The notes beneath the pieces are model-generated. The model was not told where the DNA came from and searched no databases. It worked only from the letters and a program-made list of their open reading frames with translations. DNA of 64,000 bases. It comes from Harriotta raleighana (Eukaryota). Shown one piece after another: positions 37,044 through 51,300 of this stretch. Location of the stretch: contig JBNZDD010013429.1 in assembly GCA_050575255.1 (NCBI GenBank), forward strand, positions 129,732 to 193,731. Direction: 5' to 3'. The translations under genes and the position numbers were made by a program. Numbering within the stretch: position 1 is the stretch's first letter; each line of letters starts with the position of its first letter.

Positions 37044-37689
37044 TGTCAGATCCTTTAACTTTGTTATAGTTATGGCAAAGGGTCATGGACCCGAAATGAT
37101 GTCTCACTTTCCTTTCTTAATAGATGCTGCTTGGCCTGCTGAGTGTTCCCAGCGATTTCTGTTTTTGTTCCAGAGAGCCAAAAGATACTGGCAAGGCATG
37201 GGAATGATGGCCATATGGGAGAAGATACAAACTGCAGAGTTAATGAAGGGCTTAGCTAAAAAAACTGGCAAAGAGAGCAATTGAGAAATCAAATCTAGAG
37301 ATGAATAAATCTGCAGTGTGTTTGGCTAGAAACAAGCAACATTCTTAAGACAAAGAAACACAGTCTTGGTCAAGTAACTTGTACATGGGTGAAAGAGCTG
37401 AGGGTCAAACAAAATGCAAAGATTGTGTATGAGCCATGAGACATTTTCAATTTGAAGTAAACACTTGATGAACACACAACTCATTGTAAAATAATAATTT
37501 CAATAAAGCTGTATCATAGTTCCTCATCTGGACATAACCTGGTCTGAAATGCATTGCAGATTTTTCTTCTCTAATTAAACTCTTGCTTGGTGAATTACCG
37601 CAGAATGTGAATCAGAATGGCTATTTACATCATGGAAGCTTTATTCGCATCGCAGCCACATACATGCTAAATAGACGTCAAATCGGTCA

Positions 37690-38225
37690 CCCAAACTGCA
37701 TTTAGTCTACACAAATTGAGCAACGGATGCAATATACTACATTGGCTGTAGTACATGTAAAGCGCTGTCTCATGTGAAAACTATGTTTGGGGCCTTAGAA
37801 AATGGTTTGGGAGGAAGTGAAAGGGCAGATATTGCATCTCCTACACAGGCATGGGAAGGGATCGGGGGAAGGAGAACATTTGTTGATGCTGATGGAGGAA
37901 TGAACCAGGGAGTCATCGAGGGAATAGTCCCTTTGGAATGCTGAAAGGGGAGAGGAGGGAAATATATTTTTTGTGGTTGGGTCACATTGGAGATGCTGGA
38001 AATGGCAGAGAATTATATGTTGGATATTGAGTCTGATGGGGTGAAAAGTGAGGATGAGGAGGACCCTATCAAGGTTCTGGGAAGAGAGGGGTGAAGGCAG
38101 AGGTGGAGGACATAGGGCAGATACGGTAAAGGGCCCTGCCTACCACATTGGATAGGAACCCTGGGTTAAGCAAAAAGGAAGATATTTCAGTTGCTCTGGC
38201 CTGAAAGGTGGCATCATCAGAACAC
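37690..38225 (-). mobile_element. Penelope-like element fragment (GIY-YIG endonuclease region), decayed
   Basis: Minus-strand frame reads AFQRD..L.DSLVHS...PC..RRCNICP...GPKHSFHMRQRFTCTTANVVYCIRCS, typical of the PLE linker and GIY-YIG start. Confidence 0.75.
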
Positions 38226-39186
38226 AACATTTTGCCTATGGGCTTAAATACAGATTGATGAGCTGAAAATCATTTGTCAAGTGTAAGTTCCTAAACGAAG
38301 TATGTTTGATAAAGTTTTAACCCTTTATTGTCCAGGTGAGCAAACCAAATTTCATAATAACTGTGAAACATTACAAAGAGAGTAACTGAAATGGAAATGT
38401 GATTTCTGTGTGCAGAAGTTCACAAATGAGAAACAGAACTTTTCCTTTGTTAATCTCATCCATCTGTCCCATAAATAATGTATGAAAATGAAATTGTATT
38501 TTATTATGATTCCTCACCAGAAGCATAGCAATCTCAATTCTTCCTTTCTGTGCTTGTGAGAAAGCAGATACATATAATGATAACAGAGTGGTCGATGGCA
38601 TGGTCAAAGAGGAAGATCTTTAGACAGGACTTGAAAGAGGAAAAAGTGGTGAGGTGAAGGAATTGCTGGATAGAGTTCCAGAGTGTGGGGGCAGAGATGC
38701 TGAATGCCCAACCACCAATGGTGGAGTGGGAACTGCGAAGCAAGCTGGTGTCGGTTGAACGGAGGGAGCAGACAGATTGATATGGGTTTAGGAGGTTAGA
38801 AAGGTAGTGGGAGCAAGACCATGGAGGGCTTTGAAGGTAAGAACAAGAGTTTTGCTGTCCTGCAGATGAGAATTGGGACGTCCAGCAAACAAGGAATTAA
38901 CATGCCTAGATGTGATATAAGCAAGAAGCACACATTTGGTATCATATTTATTCNGGTTTTGCTGTCCTGCAGATGAGAATTGGGACGTCCAGCAAACAAG
39001 GAATTAACATTGTCAAGCCTAGATGTGATATAAGCAAGAAGCACACATTTGGTATCATATTTATTCCCTGGGAACAAATATGTAACAAATTTTAAATGGA
39101 TTACATTTGTTTTCCTTTGTAGTTTCAAATATCCTTGCCTCTGTTTCCTGACGTTTATTTTCTCTGGCAGACCAGTATCCAGTAAA

Positions 39187-39394
39187 ATGACTGAGATGCA
39201 CCTGGGTGATGTTGTAGGCGGAGGAACAGACTTGCCTGAGGAGCCTGATACACAAAGAAAAGAAAAGGAAGAAGAGATAAATAAACGTGGACAATGGGGC
39301 AACAAATTTGAGTTTCTTCTCTCTGTGGGTGGCAGCATAATTGGTTTCAATACGATTTTTCAGTTTCCTGGACTTTGTTTCCGTAATGGAGGAG
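39187..39394 (+). CDS. SLC6 gene B exon 1 (N-terminus, TM1)
   Basis: MTEMH...[38 protein letters not shown]|gtttgt. Confidence 0.88.
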
Positions 39395-42300
39395 GTTTGT
39401 ATCAAGGAAATTTTTATACCTGTTTAATCCTGTTTACAACCAAGGTTCTGGGCTAGGATTCCCTAGAGTGTGAAGGGGATGTTGTGCAAAGCTATTTTGT
39501 CATGGTTTTTATTTATTCGAGAGTTTGCAGTAAGGAGCCAGCATCAGAATTTAGGATTTGCTGCAAAAATATGACTAAGGATTATATAATTCCAATTCAG
39601 GAGAGCTTCACCTGACCTATATATGGTCTGGAAGAGCTTTATGGAGTCCTGCAACATATTGGTTAGACACTCTCCTCACAAGCGAGAGCATCGGGGTATG
39701 ATTCCCAGGCAGGGCAGTTTTGTTGCACCACACACCTCTGTTAACCTAATAGTAAACAGGAACCTGGTTCTTAGTCAATTGGTGATTCACTTTCCAAGAG
39801 TAATAATCCCTTTAAAAAAAGTTCAATCCACTCACTCAAACCACAATTGTTTGTGGGTCACTACTGTGTGCGATTGGCTATGACGTTTCACCAACAACAT
39901 ATAAAGATAATCGCAATACAGCATATTCTGTGAAGCACTTTGGGACATCTCAACAATGTGGTAAAACGCAAGGATTATTATAGGGATTATTTTAGGCATT
40001 TCACAGCCCTCTGACCTCAATATTGATTTCAACAATTTCAGACCATAACAGTTCACCTTCCTCCTCCCCCTCTGCTGTGCCCATTTACTGAATCATCTGG
40101 GACGCAGACACACCTTTTCTCTCAAATGCAAAATACTGGATTTTTGAAACAAAAGCACAAGGCACTGAGAACACATAGCGGGTAATGCATCTGATCAGAT
40201 AGAAAAGAAAATAATATTATTATGATGCCATCAGGCCCAGTGGCCAAAGTATCAAGCAGTAGCTCAAGACACAATACAAACCATTTTAGGGATCCTTGTC
40301 CTTTATTTCGGTGTATTTGCAGCTTGATTATAAGTGTCAAATTTTGATCAAAAGCGGACACCCAGCGGACACCCAGCACTATATTTTGGATAATTCAAAC
40401 CAGAGAATCTATGTCAATTCCATGTAGAATTTTCCATGCTTGAAATGCCCCCCCACACTTTCACCAAAGGGGAAAGCGCTTTTCTAATTCTAATGTGTAT
40501 CTGGCACAGTTTAGCAAGTCCCAAGACTTGGGAACTCCACAGGACACATTACAGCTGGAATTAACTAGCTAAAACTGCATAGATTCCCATTGAAAGCTCC
40601 GTCCAGCAAGTTTCCCCCTCCTTGTCCAACTCAGACCAGTCACCCCATTAAAGCTTTGCTTTACAGGGTGAACAGGAGCTGAGTGGGAAGAATCCCTGTG
40701 TCTAGTCACCGCTCCTCCCCTCCAAGTCCAGCTGATCTGGTCTGTCATCAGCAGTGCCCTGGAGCCACCTTGCTGAGGATCTGTAACATCAACACACAAA
40801 ACTGACTTGATTGTAACATTCCTTGGCCAATTAATGTCACCAGCCAGAATCATGGAGGCCCTCCTTACATAGTTATACTTATATAGTGCCCTCCACACTG
40901 GACGTCTGGATAGTGTCTCAGGGAACCAAGTTCCCAACTGCCTGTTCCAGTTGCTGCTGTATTCACCTGCATTCATTATGTATATTCTGTGAAGCGCTTT
41001 GAGATATCCTCGCAACATGAAAGCTCTTTATATCAAACGACTGATAGAGAAAAAGCAAGATTGAGAGGATGGCATTGGATTGTTTATTTCATAAGCAATA
41101 AAAATGGAATAGCTATTCTCTTGCTTGCTTCATTCTGGAGACTGTTGCCAATTTGTCTAGAGGAAAGAACTGGCAGATTCCTAATTCTGGGGTGAAATGT
41201 TAATAATAATTGCCTTGTCTTTGAATTGTCTCAAAGCGCTTCACAGAATATACTGTAAAGTGAATTGACTGTATACTTGTGGGGGAAACACAACAGCCAA
41301 TTGCCAGTCAGTGAGACACTCATAAGCTTTAGGAATCATGCTTGAGTCTTTGTATTGCAGCTTTAATAGACATTTAAATGAATCACAGCAGTTTTCAATG
41401 GTAAGCTGAAGCTTTTCACAGCTCTCCTTAGTGAGAGAGGAACACACAAAATTTAGTGTGACCAGTCACAGGAAACAAGATGTTTGGTCCATGAAATAAC
41501 GATGATTTCCATGAAGAGGCCCGAATGGGGAAAGAAAAGCTTAGAGACAGCAACTGGAAGATGCAAAACGAGAATGATCAAAAAGCCATATGTGCATTTC
41601 AATTGTTTCTCAATTGTTCATTGAAGCTCAGCCAAGCTCTCCCCTCGGAAACATCATTAATGTTCTTTCAGAGAAGCGCTCACTGTTCCTGTTATCTTTA
41701 ATGAGTTATCTTTAATGAGAGTTCTATTTGTAGGAACCCTGTAGCCCGGTCCCGGGATCCGTTATTATGAAGCGTTCTGAGACGCTGTCCAGGGTGGAGG
41801 GCACTATATAAATCAAAATTATTGTTGTGGTTAGTGATTAGAGCACTCACCTTGCAAGCAAGGGACCCGGGTTTGATTCCAGGCAGGGCGAAACCTTGGG
41901 CAAATTTCCTTATTCTACACGCCTAATAATAATCCCTCAAGAAAAAAAACAACAATAATTTGACCATTCAACCCACAACTATTCATGGGACACTGCTGTG
42001 TGCAATTGGCTGCCACATTTCTTCTACAAAATATACAGTAAATTGTAATAATATACAGTAAATTCACTTTACAGTGTATTCTGTGAAGTGCTTTGAGATG
42101 TCTAGAATCTATATCAAATGCAAGAATTATTATTGTTAGTAGTAGTATTATTATTGTTAACCTGTGAAGCACTTTGCCACTTCTCCCCGCTGTGAAAGAC
42201 ACTGTATGAAATGCAAGAATTATTACAATTACCTATTGCTCAGTAATTATATCACAGCTAGGAGGTAATTAATGTACCGGCTGATATTGAAGCAGCAGCT

Positions 42301-45300
42301 TTTTGACCTTTTATCTTTTCCCCCCAAACAGTTATATTTCTGATTCCATACTTCATATTCATCCTCATCTTAGCAATCCCATTATTTTTCCTGGAAACAG
42401 CTCTTGGGCAGTACACCGGCCAGGGTACGATCACAGCCTGGCAGAAGATGTGCCCTCTGTTGGAAGGTAAGGAAAATATGCAATGTTGTTTATTTCTCAA
42501 TCTCACAGTAATCGGAGTATGGTTTACTCTGTGAAGACAGTTGATGACACAAGCATTGGTTAACTTCGATAAAGTGCTTGCACTTCCCACAGATATTGCC
42601 AGCTACATGATCAAAGCATTTAAACTAACCAGTCAGAAACCAGGGAGTTTTGTATGACCCTGAACAGTCCTTTCTCCCCTATATCTGTGCCACGACCAGT
42701 ACCGCCTTCCATCACAACATCGCCTGTCTCCATCACTGCTTCGCCCCTCAGGCCGCTGAAACCCTCACACATGCATTTATCACCTCAAGACTCGTCTATG
42801 GCAACTCCCTCCATGTCAGCCTCCCCAACTCCTCCCTCCACAAGCTGCAGATAATCTAAAACTCTGCAGCTCATTACTCCTCCCGCTCCAGGCTCTGCAA
42901 GCCCATCACCCCCAACCTCGACCGGCTCCTCGTTCCTCAGAGAATCAAATTCAATATCCTTGTTCTCACTTTCAAAGGCCCTCCATGGCCATGCCCCCTC
43001 CTACCTCTCTGGCCAGCTGACCCCCTATCATCCTGTCCGCTCCCTCCAAGGCTGGTCTCAAGTACCTCCTCTTCGACTGTTCTTTCGGTTGCAGCCCTAC
43101 CTCTCTGCCCTCCTCATCTCAACACTCCACCCCGCGCCCCCCCCCCATACACCACCAATGATGGTGTTGTTGTTAATACCATTTTGTTAGGATTATTTCC
43201 TCCCGCAATACAGTTTGGCCTGTTTACTGGCGGATTTAAACACAGTGGTTGCTGCATCCAAGAAAGTTTTCTATCAAAGTCCAATGCGCCAGCATNCAAA
43301 AAATTGGTTGCTGCATCCAAGAAAGTTTTCTATCAAAGTCCAATGCGCCAGCATCAGTCCTTGGAATTTATGGAGATGAAGGATAAAATTAAACCACAGA
43401 TTCCAGTCTTTGCTGTTCNTCAGTTCTTGGAATTTATGGAGATGAAGGATAAAATTAAACCACAGATTCCAGTCTTTGCTGTTCAGATGCATTGTTGCTC
43501 CGGGTGAAGGCTGTTGAATGTTTGTATCAGTACTTGCCTATTTTGGCAGAATTTCTTCAAGGGATTACATCAGAGGCGTCAGCAGTGAAAAATAAACTGC
43601 TGTAGAGTTGCTCAAGCAATCTTTGCCATGGACTGAGCTCATAAAACTCATTAAAGAATGTCAGGCAACAGCTATGTATCAGAACCACAGTTTGTAATTA
43701 CGGGTGCAAAATATACATTTATTTATTGATTTCTGTATCACTGCTGGAGTGGAGAAGTAGAGATCAAAGACAGTAGAAAAGTTGGCAGCCTCTTCCAAGA
43801 GGGAGAGAGATGCGTGTGTCAACCTTTTCCAGATAATCATGCATGACAGCAGTGAAAAGGTGGGACTGATTTTGTAAAAGCATCTGGCAAATGCTACCTT
43901 TAAAGCAGGTTGTATTTTTGATTCTCACCAGTTAGCAACAAAGAATGCAGAAAAAGACTTATATACGGTAAAAGCCTGTTTATCCGTGATTTGATCAACC
44001 AGAACTTCCGTATAACCGGCACCTCAAAAAAAGGTCCCCATTCGAATTTTTTTGAGTGTTGGGTTTTCTTCCGAATATCCGGCATGCAGTTTAACCAGCA
44101 TTGGCCTGGTCCTGAGGGTGCTGGATAAACAGGCTTTTACTGTAGTAATGTAATTCCTGCCCTTTCAACTATTTCAATTATTTCAAACTCTGAATGGCAT
44201 GCTTATAAAGCAGCTGGAGGAAATATTACAGCTAACCGCAAAATATCTTGGTGGGAGCTCAGCCTGAGCCACTTGTGAAACTTTCTAAAATTGCAAAAAG
44301 GTGCAGTTTGGCTGCCAATGGGCACAGTTGACTTTGAAAGGTCATTTCCTGTTTATTCAAAACTCCTCAAAGTTAATAGATAAAGTCTAACAGAAGAAAA
44401 CAAAGATTCTTCTCATGTTAATAATTAATCAGCACTGAACTTTTAGTTAAGAATTTTCTGTTTATTTCTGTGAAAATTTGATTTAGAAAATTTAAATTTA
44501 TCTGCAGACTATGTTGAAAGGTATAATGTTCTGGTCTTGTTAAGGAAACATTAATAAATTGTTTTTTTCAATAATCTATAACGTGTTATTTCTTCATGTT
44601 TAGGTTGTAAAAAAATAAAATGTAAGTTAGCAGCAAAGTGTGTCTGTCGATAGCACCAATTTTCCCCAAAATGTAGCAAATTTCTCTGCAATTTTTGCTG
44701 ATACTTCCACACTTTTCTATTGGCCCTGCTCAAAGCTCATTCTACTAACTGGGGCCATTCTCATTGCTCCTTTTATGGAAGTGCGTTGAGGGCCTGTATG
44801 TCATGGTTACCCTAAACTGAATTCAAGATGTAACATGACCATAATACTACACCACCTGAGAATGATATCTGGGGATTTAAACTCAACTAATTTAACAATA
44901 TAGCCCAGTGACCTCTTAAACTGAGAGTCGGGATGTCTGAGCTCAATTCCCAACATGGAATTTAAAACTGCAAACTATGATCCAAAGATAAAAGTGCAAT
45001 ACAATCATCCGCTGATGTCTATGAGAAATCTTTTATGCTTCACAATTACTTGAATCTGTCTTACACTGCTCACTGATGGTGATTTGCTATGTTTTTGTAA
45101 TGGACTTTCTCATGACCTACAAAGAACACATTATTCAGATTATTTCCTCACAGATGTATATATTTTCATCTCTTTCTAGGCATTGGCTATGCATCTCTGG
45201 TGTCTATAATCTACCTGAATATTTATAACATTATGTTCCTAGCCTGGTTGATCTTCTACCTTTGTAACTCCTTAATCTCTGTGATGCCTTGGGCTGACTG

Positions 45301-48300
45301 TAACCATGACTGGAACACAGGTAATCAAAAAATGGAAAGTCAAGGAATTCTGTGGAATTCTTTCAATCAACCAAGAGATTGCACATGCTGACACCGTGCT
45401 TAAGTGTATTCATACCAGACAATTTCACAGATGTACACATGGAAGGGTTTCTCCCTGGCACCTAATAGGATAAATCAATAAAAATTTGGTCACTGAATCC
45501 ATGACTGTTTGTGGGACCATGCTGTGTGCAATTGGCTGCCGGGTTTTGCCCAAAATTATAATATTCCATTTACCTTTCATTATATTCCGTATGAGACATC
45601 TAGAAGATTTGAAAAGCGCTATATCAAATGCAAGGATTATTATTATATTATTATAGCAATAATTGAGATAGACAAGGCTTTCAGGCCCACATGTACGTTG
45701 GTGTTCTGCTGGAGTTTGATCTGCTGAAATCACAAGTGGATTCCTGTAAATCAGTGGTTAGAGCACTGACCTCACAAGCAAAAAAGACCTGGGTTCGATT
45801 CCCGGCAGTGTGAAATCTTGGGCAAGTTTCCTTAGTCCACATGTCCAATAATAATACCTCAAGAAAAACAAATAATAATAAATTGGTTACTTCAATCCAC
45901 GACTGTTGGTGTGAACAACAGTCACACCAACTAGGTGGTTGTGCACAATTGGCTGCTGCATTTTGCCCACACATATACAGTTAATTCACTTTACAGTTTA
46001 TTTTCTGAAGCGCTTTGAGACATTTGGATATTTGCAGTAAACACATACAGAAAGAAAACTGCATTTATGCAATAAATAGCCTATCAAGTCTTAAAAAAAA
46101 TCTTTCTCTTCTCTCAAATGTAGTGAACTGCATGGATAATGGTTCTCACCAAAGCACATCATCTGAAGTTGAGTTCTGGGAGTGAGTATCACCAGAGTAG
46201 AAAAGTTATTGTACCAGAGGAATGATTGTTGGAGCAAAAATTGTCTTTTCTCATGTGTACTATTAGTTCTGAAAAAATGGTCCATGATTTGTAAGATGGT
46301 CTTAGGTTATGAAATTGGGCTTTTCTTCTGAAATGGGGCTTAGCTTCTGAGACCAAGTGCAACTTCTGAAATACCTAACAATTTCTGAGGTAGGCCCAGA
46401 TTCTGAGATGGTTACACGTTCTGGGATGAGAAGCAGGTACTGCGATGTTGCTTAGCTTCTGAGATGAGGTTCAGGTTCTGAGATGGGTGCAAGTTCTATG
46501 TTTAGGTGCAGGATCCGACGTGGGGCACTGGTTCTAAGATGCGGGGCTGGTGCTAAGACGAGGTGCGTGTTTTGAGATGGAGCGTTCGTTCTATGCTGGG
46601 CCCCAGAGTTCTGATATGGGCATAGGTTCTTATATGGATGCAGGTTCGGAGATAGAGTGAGGATTCTGAGTTGGGTGCACGTTCTAACTTGGGGAGCAAG
46701 TTCTACAATTGGGCATATTTTCTGAACTGAGGAACAAGATCTGCGATGAAGGGTGGGTATTAAAATGGGGTGTTAAGATCTGAGATGGGCTCATTCTCCA
46801 CAGTCTGCTAGTAGAAACATAGTACATGTTACTTAACATAGACGTATTACTCACCAGATATTGGTCTCGCGAGAATCTAAAGTTCAGCTTAATCTTCGGC
46901 TCACACATACTCAATGCTGACTTTTGTTTTCTGCAGGAATCATGTCCTTCAAGTTTCAAATGGAATTGAGGAAATTGGCAGCATGAACTGGACACTGGCC
47001 CTCTGTCTTCTTGCAGCCTGGACCATCTGCTACTTTTGTATCTGGAAGGGAATCAAGACCATTGGCAAGGTGAGACCACACTGTGACTGAGTGAACTAAA
47101 CAACACTGAGCTAACAAAGATTGAAAAGTGATATTCCCCGATGGGTTCCAGTCTGAGTGAACGAATGAAATACAGTGGTATAATCTACATATAATAATAA
47201 TACTTATATTTGATACAGTGTTTTTCACATCTTCTAGATGTCTCAAAATGCTTTACAGAATATATTGTAAAGTGAATTGACTGTGTGTTCATGGGTGAAA
47301 CGTGGCAGCCAATTGCATACAGCAGTATCAGAAGGAGAGATTTCACCCATTTTGCCGCATTCCTGGAACTATATCCACGATGCGCTTTCCTGCCACACAT
47401 TGGAAGCACAATTTAGATCTACCTTTTCAAATGCTCCATTGGTGGCCGGGCCTTCAGCCACTCTGCCCCTAACCTCTGGAAGTCTATCGCACAGTCCATT
47501 CGCCTCTCCCCTCTCTTGCCTCTTTCAGGACCCATCTGTGATCATAAGTGAGTTGTTCAGATCTGGAATACATTGCCTGAAAAGGTGGTGGAGGCCAATT
47601 CGATAACAACTTTTAAAAGAGAGGCATACAGAGACATTTATTTGAGGAGTAAGGGTTTGCGAGGTTATGGGGAGAGAGCTGGTGTGGGATTAAATTGCTC
47701 TTTTTAACGAGCCGGCACAGACTCGATGGGCCGAATGGCCTCCTTTTGTGCTGTGAGATTCTATGATTCTATGATAAGCATTGAGTTGAAGCAGGCAAAT
47801 CAACGTCTGTATTATTTTCTCTGATGTATAATTTCTCTTGTTCAGGTTGTCTACGTAACTGCCACCTTCCCCTATGTGATGTTGATCTTCATTCTGATCA
47901 GAAGTGTATTACTCCCAGGAGCTGCAGATGGAATAAAGTACTACCTGTACCCTCAATGGTCTGCGCTGTTTAACCCTTCTGTGAGTGATATAATGACAAG
48001 GTGCTTGAGCACGAGTTATGTTCTATTGAGTCATTTACAGCGCATTTCTCACAAAGTTCTTTGATGCCAGCAAAAATAAGCAGAGTGCGGGAACTTGTAT
48101 TAAGAGGTTATGAATTTCCTGGTGTCTGTAATTAAAAAGATTAGCTCCTATGTTACATTAGCTCTACATGCCCCACCTCTTCCCTTCCACCCTTCACATG
48201 TTTGACCTCATCCCTCCTTTCACTCACCTGTACTTGAAATTCACCATCTGCCCTCTGTAAACCAATTATTATATACCTTCCGTCCATCCGGTTACCACTT

Positions 48301-51300
48301 CTCTCCCTCTTACCAGGCAACATCATCAACCTCTCCCTTTCATCTGCCACAGTAACTTCCCTTCAAAATGCTATTACAGTATTACTCTATCCACCCTTCT
48401 CAAAAAGCTCACTCTTTCTCACTCCCCAGTTAGCACTCCAACCCTACAATCTCCAATCTGCCATTGCTTTAGCATTTGGCTGAAATCTTCCTTTCCCATT
48501 CCCTAAACAAGTTCTTCCAATCTGGTACCCACCCAGCCCACAGCACCAAGACAGCCCTGGCTAACAGCCCTAGTTCCATTTATATAGCACCCTTCAGGCA
48601 GGTAAAGCCTCTGAATGCTTAACAGCAGCGTCGCTTAACTTCAAACCAGAAAGGGAGAGCGGGGCGACTGAAGGCATGGTTGAAAAGGAAAGTCTTCAGG
48701 TGTCATTTGAAAAAGGGGAAGGGAGGGGGCAAGACAGAGGGAATGAGGCAAGGAGTTCCAAAGATTTGGGCATAGTAGCTGAAAACATAGCTGCCAATTG
48801 CAGAGCAGAATTGATGAAAGTATGTATGGAACTTCAGAAGCTTTGGAAGTAAGATAGGGCAAACGTGAGCAAAGTGGCAAGGGATGTAGGATAGGATGAG
48901 TAACATGGACCAAACCTGATGCCAAGGTTTCATACAGGTTTGGCTAAGACAGGGTCATCCACGGGCCATCTCCAGGCTGAGGATGATTTGATCCAGCAAG
49001 TGAACCATTTTGAACTTCATTGTTTTGTCTCCCAGCTGCACTTCTCTTCCGGTTGGACAACATGGAGAGTGACCGGAAGGGCGGTTGGAGCATGAGCTCA
49101 CTCTGACCCTCTTCCAGTCACTCTTGGCACTGCTTTATGCCTCGTACAACCTCATGAGAGTTAACATGGAAAGTAATTGCACGAGAGGCACAGGGAGAGT
49201 ATTTTAAAAAGGTATTATTGCATATTTTGCAATTCTAAAACTGAGTTTCAAGAAAAAACTCAAGGTAGATGTGGAATATACAGGACATTGGAACTCTGGT
49301 TCAAGGAAACATTTCCACAATGATATCAGTATTTTGTTCATTATTAAGATTATTGCATTATGTGCATTTTAATTCACTTACTTATTTATTCACTTTCATT
49401 TTTTATTGTGGTTTTGATGATTATTGTTGCATATATGTAAATTATTGACAAAAGTGTATTATTGTTTTGAAATTTGAATGAATTTTACACTGCCTATTTT
49501 GAGTTTTGCATTGTGACTAAAACATGTGAAATTAAATAATACAGTTACACAATTTAAAGCATAGGATTTATGTAGGAATTTTTACATTCGCATTTAAAAT
49601 ACACAAACAACTGTACATTAATTCTGTCAAACGATTTGAGATATATATCAAATGAAAGGATTATTGTCATTTAATATAACCTGTAAATCTGTGCTGTTTG
49701 TAAAAATTCACTGAGGTTCAGATTGCAAACACCACTCTTATTATACCATGAATCAAAGTGACATCTTTCCTCACTTCTGCTGATTCTGATTCCCCAGATG
49801 TGGTTTGCAGCTGGCCAAGATGTGATGTTCTCCTATGGTTTAGCTCAGTGCTCCCTGAAAGCAATGAGCAGCTATAACCATCGGAACAACAATTGCTACA
49901 GGTATGAATTGGCTATGAGAGCAATGATCATCACACATAAGTAAACTTGAATTGCAATGGCAGGAAGAAAAAGGTTGTGACCATGCACTCACCAGTCATG
50001 CCTTCCTCCATCTAATCTAATTTGAATTTCCTTCTCTCACCCTGTAGTATTTCTTATTTCTCCTCCAGTTTCCATCTAATTCCATGTTAAAATAACTTAT
50101 ATGAAATCTACTTCAAAAATTTGGAAGATACACAAAAATAGAATACTACATATTCCAACCACACGTAGGATAAATGTCGAATTCATCTATGGCAAAAGTT
50201 TGAGACCTTTAGTCATTAAGCTGGGCTAAACTGTATCCCAAGTAAGGAAGTAAACATCAAGAGCAGTGTACACTCCCATATAGTACTGCCCCTGTGTGAT
50301 CCCCTGGGGGAGTGAGTATGTAAATGGAGATGCATTTAGCACTAGAATGTCAGAATTGAGTCGATCTTGTATGGCAGGCTCAGAAGTTCAGAACCCTGGA
50401 CTTTGTAAGCCAGAGGGATATATTGTACTCCAGGGTACTGCTGACATACAAGTCAGTCTGACTCATTGGTATTTGAAGGGTTAACATCCCCAAGTGACTA
50501 GAAGCCGGGATTCTCCTCTCTCAGGCTCCTGTTCAATCTATATTACCTCGGGTTAGGTGAGCACCAGGTTGATACCCAGATAATACTCTCTGTGGCCAAC
50601 GATGCAGATTTAGTTGGTCAATTTGGTCTGGAAACTCTTAAGTATGATGATGGATTTCTGCATGTGTGAAAACATCCATCTGACCAAAAAAATACTTGAC
50701 AGCAATTATTTGCGAAGCATTTTTAAACTTTTTGATGTTACAGATGCTTGGACTGAAACAGGTTTCCCACATGGGTAGACGCCCAATTGACAGAAAAAAA
50801 GTTCCCTGCAATACAAAAACATTGGCGTTAGCTTCAAGTGTCCATTCATTAAATGTGTTCTGCAGCAAAGAGAAATAAAGTATGATTTTTTACTAAACTT
50901 ACCCCCAAAGTGTCTGATCACCTGATCTAAGACTTAATCTATTACCAAGGATTAGATGCAGAAAGTTTCCCCATCAACATCATCACCATTGGAGAAAACC
51001 AAGAGCAAAGATAAACTGGTTAGGAGCTTTCTTTGCAGGGAAGAATCACAGGTTTATCCCACAAAGTCAGCAAATTGGATCCAGTTTAAATACTAAACAT
51101 GTACAGATGGTACCAGCGCCTCCATCACAATGCAATAATTGGATTTTAATAAGGGTTTGGGGATTATTGGTCTGTCTGTCTGAAACATTTTCTTTCTTCT
51201 ATAGTGATTGTCTGGTGCTGTGCTTCCTGAATAGTGCCTCAAAATTTGTGGCTGGATTCGCCGTCTTCTCTATATTGGGATTTATTTCCAATGAAGAAAA

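Noticed and set aside
38848-39065. Tandem duplication of about 105 bp just upstream of gene B exon 1
   Set aside because: The copies meet at a single n (38954), typical of an unmerged contig overlap or allelic join.
43245-43485. Two short tandem duplications producing a repetitive ORF
   Set aside because: Each is centred on a single n (43296, 43419); assembly artefact.
46300-46795. CRISPR-like repeat-spacer appearance
   Set aside because: Vertebrate intron, period only about 19 bp, degenerate core, no cas genes.
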